This document shows positions 59,818 to 64,000 of a stretch of 64,000 nt of DNA, in pieces. The notes below the pieces were generated by a model. That model made no database searches. It was not told where the DNA came from and worked only from the letters and a program-made list of their open reading frames with translations. The DNA is from Salpingoeca rosetta. Its lineage: Eukaryota; Protista; Choanoflagellata. The number at the start of each line of letters is the position of its first letter. Position 1 is the first letter of the stretch. Made by a program: the position numbers and the translations under genes. The stretch is from NCBI GenBank assembly GCA_033442325.1, contig JAWQFM010000020.1:481719-545718 (forward strand). The letters are read 5' to 3'.

Positions 59818-60452
59818 CAAGCAAGTGGAGCGTGTGCTTGTGTGTGTGTGTGTGGGTGTGTGTGGGTGTGTATGATGGTGGTGCTGGTGGTGCTGGTGGT
59901 GCTGGTGGTGGCTGTTGAAAGAGAAGGACCACACCACAAAAGCACAGGACACAGGACACAGGAACACAGGACACAAAAGCGCGTACAACAGGAACACAAT
60001 CACAGTCACAGGAACACACCACACCAACCCAACAACCAACAACAAAGAGGCGGCTGGCGACATGCGGGTGGTTGGCGTTGTTTGTGTTTGGCAATCGCTC
60101 ATGTAGAAAATTGTTAGTGTCTCGGCAAAAAAACAACAACTGCACAACGGACACAGAAACGCAAAGCAACAAAGCGAAAGGAAACTACGCAAGAAAGCAA
60201 CAGTGCAACAACGGCAACAACAATCACACACATCAAACACATCGTCATTGACCTCCTGCACCACAGCACCGCACGTCCTTGTTCTTGGCACAACCAACGA
60301 CCAACGACCAGCGACACGAATCGACACACGGCTTGAAATCGCCGCCCAACCAACAAGCCAGTCAACCACCCTTTCTTCTGCACCTCTTTTTTCTTTGCCC
60401 GCTTACTTCTCTCCTTCACCGATCAATACCAACCTCAGCTCCGTCGGCAACC

Positions 60453-60919
60453 ATGAGCGAGAGTGGAAAGCACACGCCCAAGCGTCTCATGGCCCTGCGC
60501 AACCAGAGCGATGGCGCCACTGCAGCTTCCTCAAGCACCGAGTACGTTTGTGTGGAGGCATGCACTGTCCTCGAGCCCGGTGTCTCTCTCTGTGCTTGGG
60601 CGGACGAGTGAACAAAAGGGGGAGGTTTGCGCGAGTTGGGTTGTTTGAAGAAGACGGAGAACAGAGGCCGGTTGTTCGCATAGGATTGCGTACATGTCTA
60701 CTTTCCTTCCCCACTTGCGTCCTCCTCTTTCTCCCTTTCTACTCTGTCCTGCTGTCCTTCTGTTGCGTGCACCCCAGCAACGGGGAGCCCCTCATCATTC
60801 ACATCACGCCTGCCTCTTCTCTTGTTGCTGTCTGTCGTGTGGAACAAGAAGCTGGCTTGCTCACGACTGGTCTCCTTTGCCTCGCTGTTTTTGTTTGACT
60901 TGACATACATCGCGCACGC

Positions 60920-61009
<90 letters not shown>

Positions 61010-62263
61010 ATGCCTCCGACTCGAGCTAGCCGTGGCCATTTGAATGGCGGTGAGCTGGCCGCCAAGGTGGCTCGCCTGCAGTCGGACCCTACCAAGGTAA
61101 GGGCGTGCACGTGCGCGCGCGTGTTTGTACATGTGCGCGCGTGTGTTTGTACATGTGTGTGTGTGTGTGTGTGTGTCGAGCGGACAAGCTCCGTCCCTAC
61201 ATTGATCCTTTCCTCTCACAAGCGGACACACACACGCGCCTCATACACGCAAACCCTCGGCACGGCCATCCACAGGTCCACCTGAACGACGTGTCGTACC
61301 CGCCGTCGCGCGACGAGCTGCAGCGCTTTGAGGATTTGCCGCTCAACGAACTGCCGCAGACATACAAGCGCGACGTCCACCAGCGGTGCGTGTGTGCGTA
61401 TGTATGTGTGCAGGTGTGTGCGTGTGTGCGTGCTTGGAAGTGCAGTCTGAACGGCATCCCTGGCTTTGTTAGCCATCCAATGCTTCTGTCCGACTGTGCA
61501 ATCGCTGCAGCTCACGGACGCCCAGTGCTCACGCCCCGTTTCGTCCCCGCTTCGCGTGTGTCCTTGTGCTTGCTTCTTTGTGCAGCGTGTTCTGCAACCG
61601 CAGTGTTGACTTGAGCAGCATCCACTATGTCGGCTTTGACATGGACTACACCCTCGCCGTCTACAAGGTGCATGTGCATGGGCGTGCGTGTGCGTCTTGT
61701 GTGTGTACACGTGCCTGTGTGTGTGTGTGCTTGTGTGTGTGTGCTTGTGTCAGCGTTGTTGCTGTTGCCGCTTGCCTCACAGCCACACCTCATGCGCGCG
61801 TATATATGTGTGTTCATGTGTGTGTGTGTGCGTGTGTTCAGGAGCCTGCAATCTACGAGCTGACGTACGGCCTCATCCTCTGGCGCCTCCAGGAGGTGAG
61901 AACAGGCAGCCCGCTTGTGCTTGTGTGCTTGTGTGCATGTGTGTTGGTGTACATGCGTGCATGTGTGCATGTGTGCATGTTTGTGTTAGCCGTGCTCGAG
62001 TCATGAGCGTGCACACCACCAGATATGTGACTACTACCACCACGTCCACCGCATATCCACCCCGTCCACCACCGCGTTCTGTGCTGCCAGGCTGGGTACC
62101 CCGATGAGATTGGCGGCTTCAAGTTTGAGCCGTGCCGTCGTCCCCTATCCGCGGCCTTGTCCTCGACAACATCTACGGAAACCTGATCAAGGTGATGGTT
62201 GCATGCATCAGGGGGCACGTGCACATATGTGTGTATCTGTGTTGTGTTTGTGTTGTGTTTGTA

Positions 62264-62326
<63 letters not shown>

Positions 62327-63866
62327 AGTGTGTGTGTGTGTGTGTGGAGTGTGCGTGTGCGTGTGCGTGTGCGTGTGCGTGTGCGTGTGCGTGTGCGTGT
62401 GCGTGTGCGCGTGCGTCCGTGTGCGTGCGTGTACGTGTGTGTGCATGCACCTTCCCTTACCGCTCCAATCCCTGTCCTTCCCCCATGTTCATGCTCGCGT
62501 CCCGCTCGTCCCTTTTTCCCCCACGACTTCAGCTGGATGCCTTTGGTCACATCATCACCGTTTTCCACGGCCGCAAGAGCCTCTCGGCTGAGGAAATTGA
62601 AGAGGTGATTGCGCGTATGTGTGCGTTTGTGTATGTGTGTGTGTGCATGTGCGGTGAGTGCACTAATCATTGCATGGTTGAAGAAAGTGTAGTTTAACAT
62701 CCCCCAAGGGCTTCACTGTGATTGTACACCAACGACAACACGTTCATCGTCATTCCTCCTCACCTCTTGATTTTGGTGTTTGCAGCGCTACCCGGCCTCG
62801 TTCATCAACATGAGCGATCTTTCAACCTCCCGCTACTTTGTCATGAACACCCTCTTCAACATCCCAGGTGCGCAGCATGTGTCTGCGTGCGCATGCGCAT
62901 GCGCGTGTGTGTATGTATGTATGTATGTATGTATGTATGTGTGTATGTGTGTGTGTGTGTGCGTTCACTGTGATCTGAATGGGTATGGGCGCACAACACC
63001 GCCGTGCAATGGAGTCCACATTTGTGTTCAACGCGTGCTTGTCTCCCTTGCGTGCCCACACAATGCGCATATGTTTGTGCGTGTGTGTGTGTGTGCGCGT
63101 GCGCGTTCGTTTGTGTGTGTGTCCAACTGTATACGCCCACCCACACACAACAAAACTCGTCCACACGTCTGCTTGTGCTTTTGCGCGCGCGACGACAGAG
63201 ATTTGCGCGTTTGCGGACATTGTGCACTTCTTCTCTGAGCGGGAAGGATACACAGAGCTTGAGGACGGGACGGGGATGCAGGCCAAGCACACGCTGCTCA
63301 CCTTCCGCTCCATGTTCCACGACGTGCGCGGCGCCATGGAGCACATCCACTCCAGGGTAAGGCTGCACTGCTCCGCTTGCGTTGCTCTGGCGTGCATGTG
63401 TGATTGCTTTGGTGCATGTGTGATTGCTTTGGTGCATGTGTGATTGCTTTGGTGCATGTGTGATTGCTTTGGTGCATGTGTGATTGTGTGTGTGTGTGTG
63501 TGTGTGTGTGCGGGGATATAGAGTGTTGATCTCACATTTGATACACATGTTCCCTCTACAATCCTGTGTCCTTTTTTGTTTCCGTATGCACGTGCGTGTG
63601 TCCATCTGTGCCAACGCTACCATGTGCGTGACAGGGTGTGTTGCAAGCGAAGATCATGGAGGACCTGGACAAGTATGTGCAGAAGGAGCCGCAACTGCCC
63701 ATCCTCCTCCGCCGGTACGTCAACACCACACGCACGCACGCGTTGGGATGGGAAAGGAAGGGAGGGGGAGAGGAGGGATTTGATAGAGAACTGTTTGGGG
63801 AGGAGATCCAAGGGAGAGGGGGGGGGGGGTTGGCTGAGGAACACACAAACCCACACTTCTCCTCAC

Positions 63867-63915
<49 letters not shown>

Positions 63916-64000
63916 CTCTCTCTCTCCCTCTCTCTCTCTCTCTCTCACTCGATATGCGATATGCCGTTCTCAGGATATCCGACTCGGGCAAGGGGTGCTT
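60453..64000 (+). CDS. NT5C2: Cytosolic purine 5'-nucleotidase (cN-II, HAD family), partial; apparent frameshift near 62130
   Basis: [28 protein letters not shown] (HAD motif I), [55 protein letters not shown] and [19 protein letters not shown]. Confidence 0.92.
63392..63486. repeat. 20-bp intronic minisatellite (gtgcatgtgtgattgctttg), about 4.5 copies
   Basis: Direct reading. Confidence 0.9.

Noticed and set aside
58726-60117. 463-aa + strand ORF
   Set aside because: Antisense shadow of the glycosyltransferase-like gene.

Overview
Intron-rich, GC-rich eukaryotic genomic DNA with four N gaps and introns full of (GT)n/(CA)n. Composition and gene content suggest a choanoflagellate such as Salpingoeca rosetta (inference). 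Genes read by manual splicing, in order: ALG10 (-, runs off the left edge); a 9-exon secreted protein with a coiled coil and a 10-Cys domain (+); POLR3E/RPC5 (-) head-to-head with MED1 (+); an IP3 receptor (+, about 16 kb); an FBXW10-like F-box/WD40 gene (+); an intronless glycosyltransferase-like gene (-); and NT5C2 (+, runs off the right edge, with an apparent 5-bp frameshift). The most unusual feature is a family of three intronless paralogues (15356-16753, 24896-26020, 51213-52520, all -) encoding a non-canonical bZIP-like factor. Copies 1 and 3 lie in duplicated segments of about 6.6 kb that share a frame-preserved peptide uORF, a palindromic leader element and non-coding islands up to about 4.7 kb upstream. 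All three copies share a 25-nt 3' stem-loop. Copy 2 has lost its 5' end and lies head-to-head with the IP3 receptor. Most ORFs in the supplied track are microsatellite artefacts. Family assignments rest on recalled motifs, not database searches.
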